64,000 nucleotides of DNA from a virus. Every line of letters begins with the position of its first letter. Position 1 is the first letter of the stretch. Positions 49,321 to 58,598 of the stretch are shown one piece after another. The DNA lies in the IMG/VR virus record IMGVR_UViG_3300023116_008583, positions 1-64,000 of that record, one strand, 5' to 3'. Both the position numbers and the translations under genes were made by a program. The notes under the pieces are model-generated. The model was given only the letters and a program-made list of their open reading frames with translations, made no database searches and was not told the DNA's origin.

Positions 49321-49626
49321 GTGAATAATCTGCTTACCAAAGAAAGACTTTTCCAGATCGTTGAAGAAGAGCGAGCTAAGCTAGCACACGAAGATGAATG
49401 CAAAGCTAATAAAATGCCACTAACCATCGATCTAAATTCAGTGTCCCCAGGATTAAAAGTATGTGATAAGAAGTCCGGTTTGGTGTACACGGTCAGCGCA
49501 GTAAATGCTGACGATGTTTCTGAGGCAGACAACGCGGTTGAAAAAGGTGTATCTTTGAAGACGCCAACAGGACAAATATTTCACGTTAGCGAAAAAGAAT
49601 TTAAGAAGAATTATAAGGTAGAGTAG
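49321..49626 (+). CDS. Hypothetical, probable virion protein
   Basis: GTG at 49321 after GGAG, in frame with the track ORF at 49261; LTKERLFQIVEEE leader. Confidence 0.5.
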   Translation: MNNLLTKERLFQIVEEERAKLAHEDECKANKMPLTIDLNSVSPGLKVCDKKSGLVYTVSAVNADDVSEADNAVEKGVSLKTPTGQIFHVSEKEFKKNYKVE

Positions 49627-49630
49627 TGAT

Positions 49631-50323
49631 ATGAAAAAGAATGAAGTCGCCGAACTTATTAAAAACACGCTTGAGATTGAATCTACTGAAGAAAATGAGT
49701 CTTTAAATGAGGCACTAGTTGCTCAAACCAAGACTTATTCGATTCCAACAGAGGCTCTTTCGCAGGCAAATAAAAAGAATCATTACGAGCTTTATGAGCA
49801 ATATGTTAAAGATTTCAATAGAATTAGCGCCGAGCTCGATGCGGTTTCTCGTACAAACGCAAGCGGAAATCACTCGCTTTTCAGATCACTAAAGATTGAC
49901 GAAGTTTATAACTTGAACGCTGTTTACTTGCACGAGCTTTACTTTGCTAACATTGGTGATCTTCAAAGTGAGATTACAATGAACACGCTTGTTTACATGC
50001 GACTTGAGAGAGACTTCGGGTCTTTTGATGATTGGCAAAGAGATTTCCTCGCCTGCGCTTCAGCATCTCGATGTGGTTGGGTCGTGACAGGTTACAACAT
50101 ATTCACCCAAACATATATGAACTATGTCGTAGACCTTCATAGTTTGAATGTTCCAGTCGGTGTGATTCCTGTCGTCGTGATGGATGTTTGGCAGCACGCT
50201 TATTACAAAGATTATCTCAAGGATGTTTCTGAATACACGCAGAACATGATGAGAGAATTGAATTGGAATGTTATTGAAAGCCGATTTGAACGTGCTGAAA
50301 AAGCTGCACAGGCTCTCAAGTAA
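49631..50323 (+). CDS. Fe/Mn superoxide dismutase-like protein with N-terminal leader
   Basis: H.ELY..YV, LHELYF, RDFGSFDDW, GW, MDVWQHAYYKDY, LNW. Confidence 0.85.
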   Translation: MKKNEVAELIKNTLEIESTEENESLNEALVAQTKTYSIPTEALSQANKKNHYELYEQYVKDFNRISAELDAVSRTNASGNHSLFRSLKIDEVYNLNAVYLHELYFANIGDLQSEITMNTLVYMRLERDFGSFDDWQRDFLACASASRCGWVVTGYNIFTQTYMNYVVDLHSLNVPVGVIPVVVMDVWQHAYYKDYLKDVSEYTQNMMRELNWNVIESRFERAEKAAQALK

Positions 50324-50331
50324 GGAGACTA

Positions 50332-50931
50332 ATGATGGAAGAAACAATTAGAAAGATTATTCTTGAGATGGCACAGACAATCAATGAGCAAGATGAGAAT
50401 GATGAGAAAGATATGCCCGATTCTCTTGATGCTCAAATCGACGCTCTCTTGATCAAATACGATACTGTTGCGGCTGATAGTGCAGATCAAGGCGATCTGA
50501 GCGAAAATAGTTTTCCACAATCTCTTTCTTATTTGCTCGAGCAGCTCGGTGAGCCTGAGGCAGAACCAGAACCTGATCAAGTCCTGGACCAGGAGGATGA
50601 GCCTGAAGCCGAAGAAGCACCAGAAGAAGCCGCAGAAGAAGATCTTCCTGAAGCTAAGCCCTCTCTGGATGTTCAAATGTTCACAGAGAGAGTTGCTAGA
50701 TTAGCTTCGATGCCAGATAGAATCTTAGATATCGTGACCGTAATTCTTGTGCGTGCTGAAAACTACGTTAGAGAAAATTATGATGATGCGACTGCAGATG
50801 AAATGAAAGAACTTCTCTACACTGAGCATAGACTTGAATTACCTGAAGATGCAGTTGAGAGAGTTCTTGACACAGATGTTCCACCCCCGCCCGCAAAAGG
50901 TGCAGGACCCGGTGGAGGATCGGCGGCCTGA
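50332..50931 (+). CDS. Acidic hypothetical, probable virion protein
   Basis: EETIRKIILE..INEQ leader; DSLDAQID; acidic/Pro tract. Confidence 0.55.
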   Translation: MMEETIRKIILEMAQTINEQDENDEKDMPDSLDAQIDALLIKYDTVAADSADQGDLSENSFPQSLSYLLEQLGEPEAEPEPDQVLDQEDEPEAEEAPEEAAEEDLPEAKPSLDVQMFTERVARLASMPDRILDIVTVILVRAENYVRENYDDATADEMKELLYTEHRLELPEDAVERVLDTDVPPPPAKGAGPGGGSAA

Positions 50932-51219
50932 TTGAGCAAATATAAAGATTTCGATCATAGAAAATCTATACACGTCAAGCTTCTAACTGAGACTCACGCA
51001 GCGTTCAGAATTGAACTTATCAAAAAGAAACTGTCGATGCAGGAAGTTTTTGAAGACTTCGCCCAAAGAGTCGTTAGGGGAGATGGTTTTGCGCACAGAG
51101 TGCTAGACACCATAGCTAGAAAGAAACGTGAGCGTCACATCGAAAGACTTTCAGAGACAGACGCTGAGTCAATATTCGATGCTATCGAGGACCAATCACT
51201 CGATCCGGATGATATCTAA
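50932..51219 (+). CDS. Small putative DNA-binding protein (ribbon-helix-helix-like)
   Basis: KSIHVKL..ETH..FR...LSMQEVFE. Confidence 0.5.
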   Translation: MSKYKDFDHRKSIHVKLLTETHAAFRIELIKKKLSMQEVFEDFAQRVVRGDGFAHRVLDTIARKKRERHIERLSETDAESIFDAIEDQSLDPDDI

Positions 51220-51492
51220 ATGTTTTGGAGAAAAAACAGCACACAAAAGCTAAAAATTGAAGAGCTGCAGCAAAAAGTTGATACTCTTGAACAGACAGTT
51301 GTATCAATTCTTGGTACTATCGAGATAATTAATAATCGACTAGACAAGCACGTGGAGTTCATTTCATCAATAAGTAAAACTAATAGCACAGTCTTAAGAA
51401 TGTTGGATTTTCAAAATTCTCCTGAAGGCAAAAACAATGATGATGTGAAATTTCTCGGTTTTGTTTATGACGAAGATGAGGAGGAAGAATGA
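51220..51492 (+). CDS. Coiled-coil hypothetical protein
   Basis: Heptad pattern, acidic tail. Confidence 0.45.
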   Translation: MFWRKNSTQKLKIEELQQKVDTLEQTVVSILGTIEIINNRLDKHVEFISSISKTNSTVLRMLDFQNSPEGKNNDDVKFLGFVYDEDEEEE

Positions 51493-51674
51493 TGCCAGCA
51501 TTTGTTGACAAGCACGTTTCCAAGTTTATATCAAGAAAGTTTTTAGTATGGCTTTGCTCGTGTGGTTTTCTTTATGGAGAGCTTCTTACAGGGGAGCAAT
51601 GGACATTCCTGTCAGTTGTTTATATCGGCGGCCAGGCTGCTATTGATGCGTTTTTGAAGTGGAAAGGCAAATGA
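51489..51674 (+). CDS. Small two-TM membrane protein (holin-like)
   Basis: SRKFLVW..W....VYIGGQAAID..KWK; 61 aa. Confidence 0.55.
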   Translation: MMPAFVDKHVSKFISRKFLVWLCSCGFLYGELLTGEQWTFLSVVYIGGQAAIDAFLKWKGK

Positions 51675-52069
51675 CTTCTCTGCTTAAATCAATAAAGAAG
51701 CTTTGGGTTTCTTCAAAAGCTACTGTTTTAATCTTCGGCGCTTTTATGATCGGCCTCGGTCTTTTATTTTTACTTAGAGGCAAAGATGTTGATCCTTGGG
51801 AGATCTTAAGCGAGCAAAAGAAAGCTCGTGATAAAGAACTTGAAGCTATTGAAGATGCGCATCAAGAGTTAGCTAAGCAAAACGCTGAGATCGATGAGAA
51901 TCTAAAAAAGATTCTAAAAGAGATTGATGAAAAGTACGCAGAAGAAAACAAAAAGCTTGATCGAAAAACAAAGAAAGAAATAGAAAAGATTGTTAAAGAC
52001 ACAAATCTCAGCCCAGAAGAATTAGCTAAAAAACTAGCTGAAGCAACGGGTTTATCTTTAGACGAGTAA
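51659..52069 (+). CDS. N-terminally anchored coiled-coil protein (i-spanin-like)
   Basis: One TM helix followed by a long charged coiled coil. Confidence 0.5.
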   Translation: MERQMTSLLKSIKKLWVSSKATVLIFGAFMIGLGLLFLLRGKDVDPWEILSEQKKARDKELEAIEDAHQELAKQNAEIDENLKKILKEIDEKYAEENKKLDRKTKKEIEKIVKDTNLSPEELAKKLAEATGLSLDE

Positions 52070-52107
52070 GAGTTATAATAGAAAAGTAAATTGGACGGAG
52101 TATACCA

Positions 52108-53139
52108 ATGAGTGAATTTGATTTTGTTGACCATTACGAAGACCAGGAGGAGTCTGCAAATCTTCTTCCTGAAAATGAAGCTGAGTCTGCAATTAATTGT
52201 GCTTTTGTAGGAGTTGGCGGCGGCGGCTGTAAGATTGCCAAAGCGTTCCTAGACTTGGGTTTTACAAAGACACTTTTGATCAACACTACGGATAAGGATT
52301 TCCAATCAGGAATCGATAAGGATCATCTGCTGGCACTTCCGGGTGCAGATGGTGTTGCAAAGAATATTGAACTTGGTCGCAAGGTTCTCAATGAAAACAG
52401 TGCATTGGTTGAAGATGCTCTGCGCACCAGGCTTGGCAAGGTCGACTGGCTTTTCGTTTGCGCCGGCGGCGGAGGTGGAACTGGTTCTTCTGCAGCAATC
52501 TTGGATCCTGTTTTTAAGAGATTCCTTGAGATTAATGAAGCATCTGGCAAGGTTGTTTATGTTGTCACATCACCTACATCTCAAGAGAAGCTAAACGCAA
52601 CGATCAAGAGCAATGCTAAGTCTTTGGAATCAGATGTCACAGATAATCCTCACATCGTACTTGACAACGAACGTCAGCTGAACTCTTTCAGAGGTAAAGT
52701 TGGTGTCCTCGGTTTGTATCCGGCAGCGAACAAGGCGTTTGCTAAGATGTTCTGGCAGCTTTTGCGCCTTGCGTGCGAGCAATCTCCAATCCAAGCTTTT
52801 GACGGCAAGGATCTTGAGAGGTTCCTTAGTGCAACCGGCAGGATTGTTCTGGGGTCTGCAATCGTCCAGCCAAGTACAAATCTTGGTGTCGAACTTTATC
52901 AGAGTTGCATTAATAACTCTCCATGCCCAAAACCAACAGGCCATGCTGAGACAGGTGTTCTTTTGCAGGTGATCACCGAAGATCACGCTAATGATGTTGA
53001 TATTAGTGGGCACTTGGAAGCTGCTACTGCATATGTTGGCGGAAGAACAAATACACTGTTCTCAGGGATCTATGTTCGTGACGCACTACCAGGACTTGTA
53101 AGTGTTATGGCTCTTGCAGGATTGCCGTGCAACGATTAA
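52108..53139 (+). CDS. FtsZ/tubulin-family GTPase
   Basis: VGVGGGGCKIA, INT..D, AGGGGGTGS signature, LDN, N, T7-like FDGKD. Confidence 0.88.
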   Translation: MSEFDFVDHYEDQEESANLLPENEAESAINCAFVGVGGGGCKIAKAFLDLGFTKTLLINTTDKDFQSGIDKDHLLALPGADGVAKNIELGRKVLNENSALVEDALRTRLGKVDWLFVCAGGGGGTGSSAAILDPVFKRFLEINEASGKVVYVVTSPTSQEKLNATIKSNAKSLESDVTDNPHIVLDNERQLNSFRGKVGVLGLYPAANKAFAKMFWQLLRLACEQSPIQAFDGKDLERFLSATGRIVLGSAIVQPSTNLGVELYQSCINNSPCPKPTGHAETGVLLQVITEDHANDVDISGHLEAATAYVGGRTNTLFSGIYVRDALPGLVSVMALAGLPCND

Positions 53140-53567
53140 TTTCTTTTATCTGTTTGGTATCTTTGCTCTCACCTGGTATTGCACAGGCTGAGTGTGCTCA
53201 GATCACTCCGATAAAAAAAGATGAAGTTGCCGCATGCGACGGAGTCTTGATTAGGTCTGATGCAGTTCCAAGCGTTATAGTTAACTTGACTTCTGCTGAA
53301 GAAAAATGCAAACTTAGGCTAAAAGAACAGCAGGAAAAATCAGATGCATGGTGCACTGCAGAAAAAGATAAGCTAAAAGCTCAAATCGAAGTGCAAAAAG
53401 AACTATCTGATAAAAGATTAAAGATAAGACAAGAACAGATTGACTTTCTGACAGAAGAGATTAAAAGATTAAAGCAGCCTCGAACAGGAATGTGGTTAAC
53501 TATAGGCGTCGTTTCAGGGGTTGCGATAACAATGGCAGCAGCTTGGTCACTTAATCAAGTTAAGTAG
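53127..53567 (+). CDS. Exported coiled-coil protein with C-terminal TM helix (spanin-like?)
   Basis: Signal peptide ending AQA; A.CDGVLI; coiled coil; C-terminal GVVSGVAIT helix. Confidence 0.5.
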   Translation: MQRLISFICLVSLLSPGIAQAECAQITPIKKDEVAACDGVLIRSDAVPSVIVNLTSAEEKCKLRLKEQQEKSDAWCTAEKDKLKAQIEVQKELSDKRLKIRQEQIDFLTEEIKRLKQPRTGMWLTIGVVSGVAITMAAAWSLNQVK

Positions 53568-53621
53568 CTATTATTTCTGCCAGAAACGATATTTATAACT
53601 GGATTGTCTCCGGAGATTTAA

Positions 53622-55208
53622 ATGTCTATTAAGGTAACAGAAAGAGCCGTTCGAGAGCTTGTTAAGAGTTTGCTCGAGCAAGATGTAAGCGCACCAGTCA
53701 TTGATGGAGATGCTACTGCGCACCTCCCAATTGAAGCAGATCCTGTTGTAGGTCAGGAAGACTTGGGTCCGCCCGTCCAGGATGTGAATTATGAACCCAC
53801 AGATCACGATGAGCTAATGGTAGCATCAGAGAAGCTACTTGCTGACGTTCCTGATGATCTAATTCCCGCTGTTTTTAAAGCAATTAGAAAACTAGTAGAT
53901 AAAGCTCTTAGAATAGCGAAAGAGCGTGCCGAGATGAATCCGCAAGATATCGTTTCTGAGCAGACAAATATCTTGCCTCTTCTTGAAGCCATAGTTGAGC
54001 AGATGATGCCTTATACGGTTGATATCGACGCTGCAAAAGGCGTGGGATATGAAGACCCAGATCTTGAGAAAATCAAGATGAGAGGTGAAGAAGAGGACGA
54101 AGAGGAAGAAGAGGAAGTTGACGAGCCTGTACAAAAACAAGCACCTCAGCCTCCCGGTAGAAAAATTTACGCTGTTGTCCCTCCCAAAGATAAAGTGACC
54201 GCATACACTGGTCAAGTCGAGGACGAGGAAGAAGAAGAGGAACCTGAAGCTGATCTTGCTGCTATGCTTGGAGATCAACCTAGAGTTTCAAAGGCACAAA
54301 GAGAAAAGCAGCGCAAGGAAAGAGAAGCTCAAGCTAAGCACAGTGCTGAGCAGTCCCGAGTTGCAGTTGAGTTAACTACCAAGTCAGATGAAGAAAAAGT
54401 TAAGATCGCTAAAAAGATGTTTTCAGATGATAAAGAGTTAGTTGCTAAGATTGACGCTCTTGAAGATGATCGCATGCTTGATACTCTTCTTACTCCAGAT
54501 CAAGTAATCGATGTTGAAGAAGAGTTTATAAAGTCGGACCTCGGGCAAGAGCTTGAATCTCTGCCGACTATGACTTACAAAGATATGCCTGAGGCACTTA
54601 GAGGCAAATACGCGCCGATCATGCTTGATGTAGGAAAATCAATCTCCAATAGCGCGTTTAGAAATATTCGAGATGCAGGATTTATGAAATTCTTGGCAGG
54701 CTTGGCAATGGGCCCAGATAAATTCCAAGAAGAACTGATATCAATAACTCAAGACGCACCAGAAGACGCAAAGCCGATTCAAAAATTCTTGCTTGCCTCT
54801 CTCCCGTGGTCTGCAGAATTTAAGAAAGAAGTAAAGAAGGCTGGTAAGATGCCTGAGCTTGATCCTGATGCTGCAGCAGACGTTTTAAATTATTTGCGGC
54901 AAAGCGAAGAAGGTGCGAAAGAAGGCGGAAACCTGCTTGATGATTACACGTCGCTCGTTCATTATTACCTTGCAGTTAGAGACAATTTTCCAGGTGCTGA
55001 AAAGAGTATGAGGAAATTCCATTTCAATAAAGATAATGGCAAGGCTGCTTTAGAACTAGCTGTAAAAGGTCTTTCTGATCGCGGAGACAAGGAAGGCTAC
55101 GATGAACTAGTCAGGATCCTAGGTGGCGACGCGAACAGAAAAGAAGTTGCAAAGCAGCTTGGCAAGGATTTTGTAGTACCTAAATATCAAGAGCCTCAGG
55201 AGGGTTAA
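53622..55208 (+). CDS. Acidic hypothetical, probable virion/internal protein
   Basis: VTERAVRELVKSLLEQ leader; poly-Glu tracts; preceded by ATATTTATA. Confidence 0.55.
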   Translation: MSIKVTERAVRELVKSLLEQDVSAPVIDGDATAHLPIEADPVVGQEDLGPPVQDVNYEPTDHDELMVASEKLLADVPDDLIPAVFKAIRKLVDKALRIAKERAEMNPQDIVSEQTNILPLLEAIVEQMMPYTVDIDAAKGVGYEDPDLEKIKMRGEEEDEEEEEEVDEPVQKQAPQPPGRKIYAVVPPKDKVTAYTGQVEDEEEEEEPEADLAAMLGDQPRVSKAQREKQRKEREAQAKHSAEQSRVAVELTTKSDEEKVKIAKKMFSDDKELVAKIDALEDDRMLDTLLTPDQVIDVEEEFIKSDLGQELESLPTMTYKDMPEALRGKYAPIMLDVGKSISNSAFRNIRDAGFMKFLAGLAMGPDKFQEELISITQDAPEDAKPIQKFLLASLPWSAEFKKEVKKAGKMPELDPDAAADVLNYLRQSEEGAKEGGNLLDDYTSLVHYYLAVRDNFPGAEKSMRKFHFNKDNGKAALELAVKGLSDRGDKEGYDELVRILGGDANRKEVAKQLGKDFVVPKYQEPQEG

Positions 55209-55210
55209 CC

Positions 55211-55594
55211 TTGAAACGTTCTCTTCTCAAAGAGATTAGCGATAATTTAAGGTCTTCTGCGCCTGAGAGGAAGGTCCCTGATTTTTTACAGGGTATGACA
55301 ACAATGCCACAGACATTGCCAGTACACGCAATTCCCGGTCGAGTAGATTGGGAAATTGTTGAATCGCCACGTCGTTTGATGAAAACGTATAGTTTTATGA
55401 CTCCTGAACATAGAAAAGCTTTCTTGATAGAGTTTATGGAGGAGCAAGATCAAATGCAGCATCATGCTAGAATGACTATCGATGAGAATGAGATTCACGT
55501 TGAGATCTACACTCGAGATCTTAATTCTATCACAGAAGTCGATCACCATTTGGCGCGCCTCGCAGACCTAATTTTTAGAGATACAGCTAGGTGA
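55211..55594 (+). CDS. Pterin-4-alpha-carbinolamine dehydratase-like protein
   Basis: W....RLMKTYSF..F..E..QHHA.M......YT.D...ITE.D..LA..D.IF. Confidence 0.8.
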   Translation: MKRSLLKEISDNLRSSAPERKVPDFLQGMTTMPQTLPVHAIPGRVDWEIVESPRRLMKTYSFMTPEHRKAFLIEFMEEQDQMQHHARMTIDENEIHVEIYTRDLNSITEVDHHLARLADLIFRDTAR

Positions 55595-55598
55595 TCTT

Positions 55599-55982
55599 GT
55601 GGAAATGCTAAACGAAGATAGACTCTTTATCTCAAAGAGCTTGCAGGGAAAAATAGGGCCTGAGCAACTGGCCGATCCCGTTGCTGATGATAATGGCAAT
55701 CTTGTTGTTGAGCTAGCGGGATCTAAAATCTATGTGAAGTCTCTTGAAGAGACGTCAGAAGTGATTAGCATAGAAGGATCATGCTTCTCACAAGACATAG
55801 CCGGGATATTCTCTGATGAAAAACCTGATGTATTAAGCATTATGGCAGGTGAAAACACTGTTCTAGAAAAAAATGTTAAGGGTGGACAGTGGTCTTGCAA
55901 GGCAAACACTTTTTCAGAAGATAATTATGATGTGTCTATCTTGATAACAAAGGCCCAAAAAAGGAATAAGAAAAATGACTAA
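55599..55982 (+). CDS. Hypothetical protein
   Basis: Tightly packed ORF. Confidence 0.5.
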   Translation: MEMLNEDRLFISKSLQGKIGPEQLADPVADDNGNLVVELAGSKIYVKSLEETSEVISIEGSCFSQDIAGIFSDEKPDVLSIMAGENTVLEKNVKGGQWSCKANTFSEDNYDVSILITKAQKRNKKND

Positions 55983-56181
55983 AGACAACAAAACTCCTGA
56001 GCCTCCCAAGACTCAAAAAACTCAATTTGACAAATTCATTGATGATCAAATTCGCCGCCAAGAAGAAATCAAGAAGAGAAAGCAGGAAATCGTCGGGACA
56101 GGAAAAGATACACCACAGCAAACTTATAACAAGCTTTATAGAGAGCGCCCTCAAAATCGCACTGTGTGGAGAAAGAAATGA
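55975..56181 (+). CDS. Small basic hypothetical protein
   Basis: Coupled ORF. Confidence 0.5.
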   Translation: MTKDNKTPEPPKTQKTQFDKFIDDQIRRQEEIKKRKQEIVGTGKDTPQQTYNKLYRERPQNRTVWRKK

Positions 56182-56804
56182 AACAAGTATTGAAGACAGG
56201 GGCTGAGCTCCGATCTTTCTTGGAAAGAATAGTTGAAACAAGCGTTCAGAGCGCACAAGACGTTGTTGCAGAAGAAGAGCGTCAGCGACAACTAGAACTC
56301 TACAAGAAGATGCAAGAGCAAGAAGAAGAGGAAGAAGTAGAGGAAGAACCCGCTGATGAAAAACCCAAAGCTGCAGCAAAGCCCGAAGAGGATGCAGAAA
56401 AAGATCCCATGCAAAGACCTTCTGCTGCCGATCGTGCACCTGAAAAGCCCAAGACGCCAGACGATGTCGACTTGAAGAACATTCTTTACTCTATCAACCA
56501 GATTAGAAGCGGAAGATCTTTAAAAGACAGAGATGTGAGAGATAATCTTGATGATTATTTTAACAAGCTTTCACCCGTTGAACGCTTGGCACTTTCTGAG
56601 TTTTTGGAAGGTCTTTCTGACGTGATCGTTGACGGAGTTCCTGCAGCCGATGCAGAATCTCCCGATGAAGAGATTGTGATGCAGGCATCTGATAAGACTG
56701 CAAAGGCTGTTGCTAGCAAAGAAAAGAAAGCAGAGCCACAGCAAAAAGCTAAGCCATCATCTTCCCCCGAAGAAATCGCGCCACCGATTAAAGTGGCACA
56801 GTAA
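56178..56804 (+). CDS. Acidic hypothetical, probable virion protein
   Basis: GAELRSFLERIVE leader; INQIRSGRSLKD core; ATG at 56178 after GGAG. Confidence 0.55.
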   Translation: MKQVLKTGAELRSFLERIVETSVQSAQDVVAEEERQRQLELYKKMQEQEEEEEVEEEPADEKPKAAAKPEEDAEKDPMQRPSAADRAPEKPKTPDDVDLKNILYSINQIRSGRSLKDRDVRDNLDDYFNKLSPVERLALSEFLEGLSDVIVDGVPAADAESPDEEIVMQASDKTAKAVASKEKKAEPQQKAKPSSSPEEIAPPIKVAQ

Positions 56805-56815
56805 GAGAGGTAAAC

Positions 56816-57013
56816 TTGGAAAAGACTACAATTTATCTGCCGAATGGCGGAACTTTAGAGGTCGAACATACGCAGCAATTTATTAATAGAGTTTGCGAGC
56901 GGTACAACAAGCAAGAAAGCGAAGTACAGTTAGCTGATATTAAGAATTATATTTACGAGTCATTTAAGATAGCACTTGATAACGGAACGTTAGAGAAAGT
57001 AGAAGAAGCATAG
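56816..57013 (+). CDS. Hypothetical protein
   Basis: GAGG RBS. Confidence 0.5.
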   Translation: MEKTTIYLPNGGTLEVEHTQQFINRVCERYNKQESEVQLADIKNYIYESFKIALDNGTLEKVEEA

Positions 57014-57024
57014 CGAGAGGTACA

Positions 57025-57348
57025 ATGTCTGATTCGATTGATAATCTAAGAGAGATCATTCGTCAAGAGGCGAAATCACTTGTCGAGACAAAACTTAGAA
57101 AAACACGCGAAGGAAACAAAGTAGAGTTCGCGTCGGAAGAATATATCGAAGAAGTCGAGAAAGACCTCGAGGAGCTTGTCTCAATTCGAGATCGCCGTGG
57201 AATGAGAGAGCGCGAAAGATATGTTCTTTCTCAAGCTGTGAGACACCTCAGAGCCAGCCTTAAGCGTGCTAGAAAAACTCGTGACAGATTAGAAAAAGAA
57301 AAAGCTGCCCAAGAAGAAAAGCAAAAAGTAATAATCTCAGAAGAATAG
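57025..57348 (+). CDS. Helical hypothetical, probable virion protein
   Basis: NLREIIRQEAKSLVE leader. Confidence 0.5.
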   Translation: MSDSIDNLREIIRQEAKSLVETKLRKTREGNKVEFASEEYIEEVEKDLEELVSIRDRRGMRERERYVLSQAVRHLRASLKRARKTRDRLEKEKAAQEEKQKVIISEE

Positions 57349-57353
57349 TTTTT

Positions 57354-57381
57354 GTGTAAATCAAATCTCCTAGTGTATAAT
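57354..57381 (+). promoter_or_regulatory. Sigma70-like promoter GTGTAA-N16-TATAAT
   Basis: Upstream of the AGGAG RBS and the ligase-like gene. Confidence 0.6.
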
Positions 57382-57401
57382 AGCACCAAAGGAGATACAA
57401 C

Positions 57402-58598
57402 ATGGGCGCAGTTCACGGTCATCTGATGCATCCTTATGATAACCTCGACTTGAGGTTTAGGGATCTAAAAGCAATGTTTGCTCGAATTGCAAACGGTGAG
57501 ATTGATTCTGCTTGCGAGAAGTTTGACGGACAAAATATCTTTCTCCATGTTGATTCAAGCGGAACACCTTGGTTTGCTCGCAACTTGTCTGATATCAAAG
57601 ACGGTAAGGTTTCCGCCAAAGATATTGATGATCGTTTTGCAGGAAGAGGTCCAGTTCACATCGCTTTTCGTGATGCTGCGCTCGTGGCTACTGAGCTGTT
57701 TTCCAGATGGCCCGCTGATAAAATTGATCGAGTCTTTGGCGACAATACCTGGTATTCTGCAGAGATCATTCACACTGCGAATCCTAATGTGATCAAATAT
57801 GACACTTGTGCACTAATCTTTCACTGGGATGGTACTGGTTCTCGAGATTCTGTGACTGGGCATGCTATCTCAACAAAAGCGCATGAGCAGGCATTTAAAG
57901 TCTTGACAGACTCACTTCCAAGAGCTGTTGATGTCCAAGGTTTGACCTGGAAGATCGGAACTTCTTTTAGCGCGAATGTGAATAAATTGTCGTATGCACA
58001 GTTCACATCAGCGGTGACTGTTTTGGATGAGGCTTGTGTATCTTCTGGTCTGCATCACAATGCATCCCTCAAGGATTTTGTTGCAAAAAAGATCGATGAA
58101 GATCTTTTGGCTCATCTTAATCTGGGCAATGATTACACACAACTTGTAATGGAAAGAATGTTTGATGAGGAAGGAGCTCTTGCAGCACCCTCTATTACGA
58201 AAGGCATGAATACTGCTCTCAAGGCAACGCTGCGCGATATCATGAAACGCAGAAAAGAAATCAGAGAAGATTATTTGTCACCTATCGTTAGGGTGGTTCG
58301 CAAAGTTGCTTTTCATGCACTGGATAATACTGCATCAAATCTGGTTTCCGATCATAATTCGGAAGTCAAGAGGTTGCAAAGAGAATACGAGAAAGCTCTT
58401 CTTGTGGCAACTAATCGAGGCACAGATCGGGATGTTAAGATCTTGCAAAAGTGCGCAGATCAATTAACTAAAAGCTCACAAATCACGTCATCTCAGGAAG
58501 GCATAGTTTTTAAGTTTAACGGCGAGTCATACAAGCTTACAGGAATTTTCGCACCGCTAAATCAAGTTTTAGGGTTAAACAAAGATTGGAGCAAGTAA
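57402..58598 (+). CDS. ATP-grasp nucleotidyltransferase, RNA-ligase-like (DUF6267-like)
   Basis: GHLMHPYD, motif I EKFDG, ARN, E(III), EGIVF (IV), YKLTG (V). Confidence 0.7.
   Translation: MGAVHGHLMHPYDNLDLRFRDLKAMFARIANGEIDSACEKFDGQNIFLHVDSSGTPWFARNLSDIKDGKVSAKDIDDRFAGRGPVHIAFRDAALVATELFSRWPADKIDRVFGDNTWYSAEIIHTANPNVIKYDTCALIFHWDGTGSRDSVTGHAISTKAHEQAFKVLTDSLPRAVDVQGLTWKIGTSFSANVNKLSYAQFTSAVTVLDEACVSSGLHHNASLKDFVAKKIDEDLLAHLNLGNDYTQLVMERMFDEEGALAAPSITKGMNTALKATLRDIMKRRKEIREDYLSPIVRVVRKVAFHALDNTASNLVSDHNSEVKRLQREYEKALLVATNRGTDRDVKILQKCADQLTKSSQITSSQEGIVFKFNGESYKLTGIFAPLNQVLGLNKDWSK

Noticed and set aside
52108-53139. Nucleus-forming (chimallin) phage or cellular division cluster
   Set aside because: No recognisable chimallin or multisubunit RNAP, and no ftsA/ftsQ/mur genes; the context is T4-like tail and replication genes
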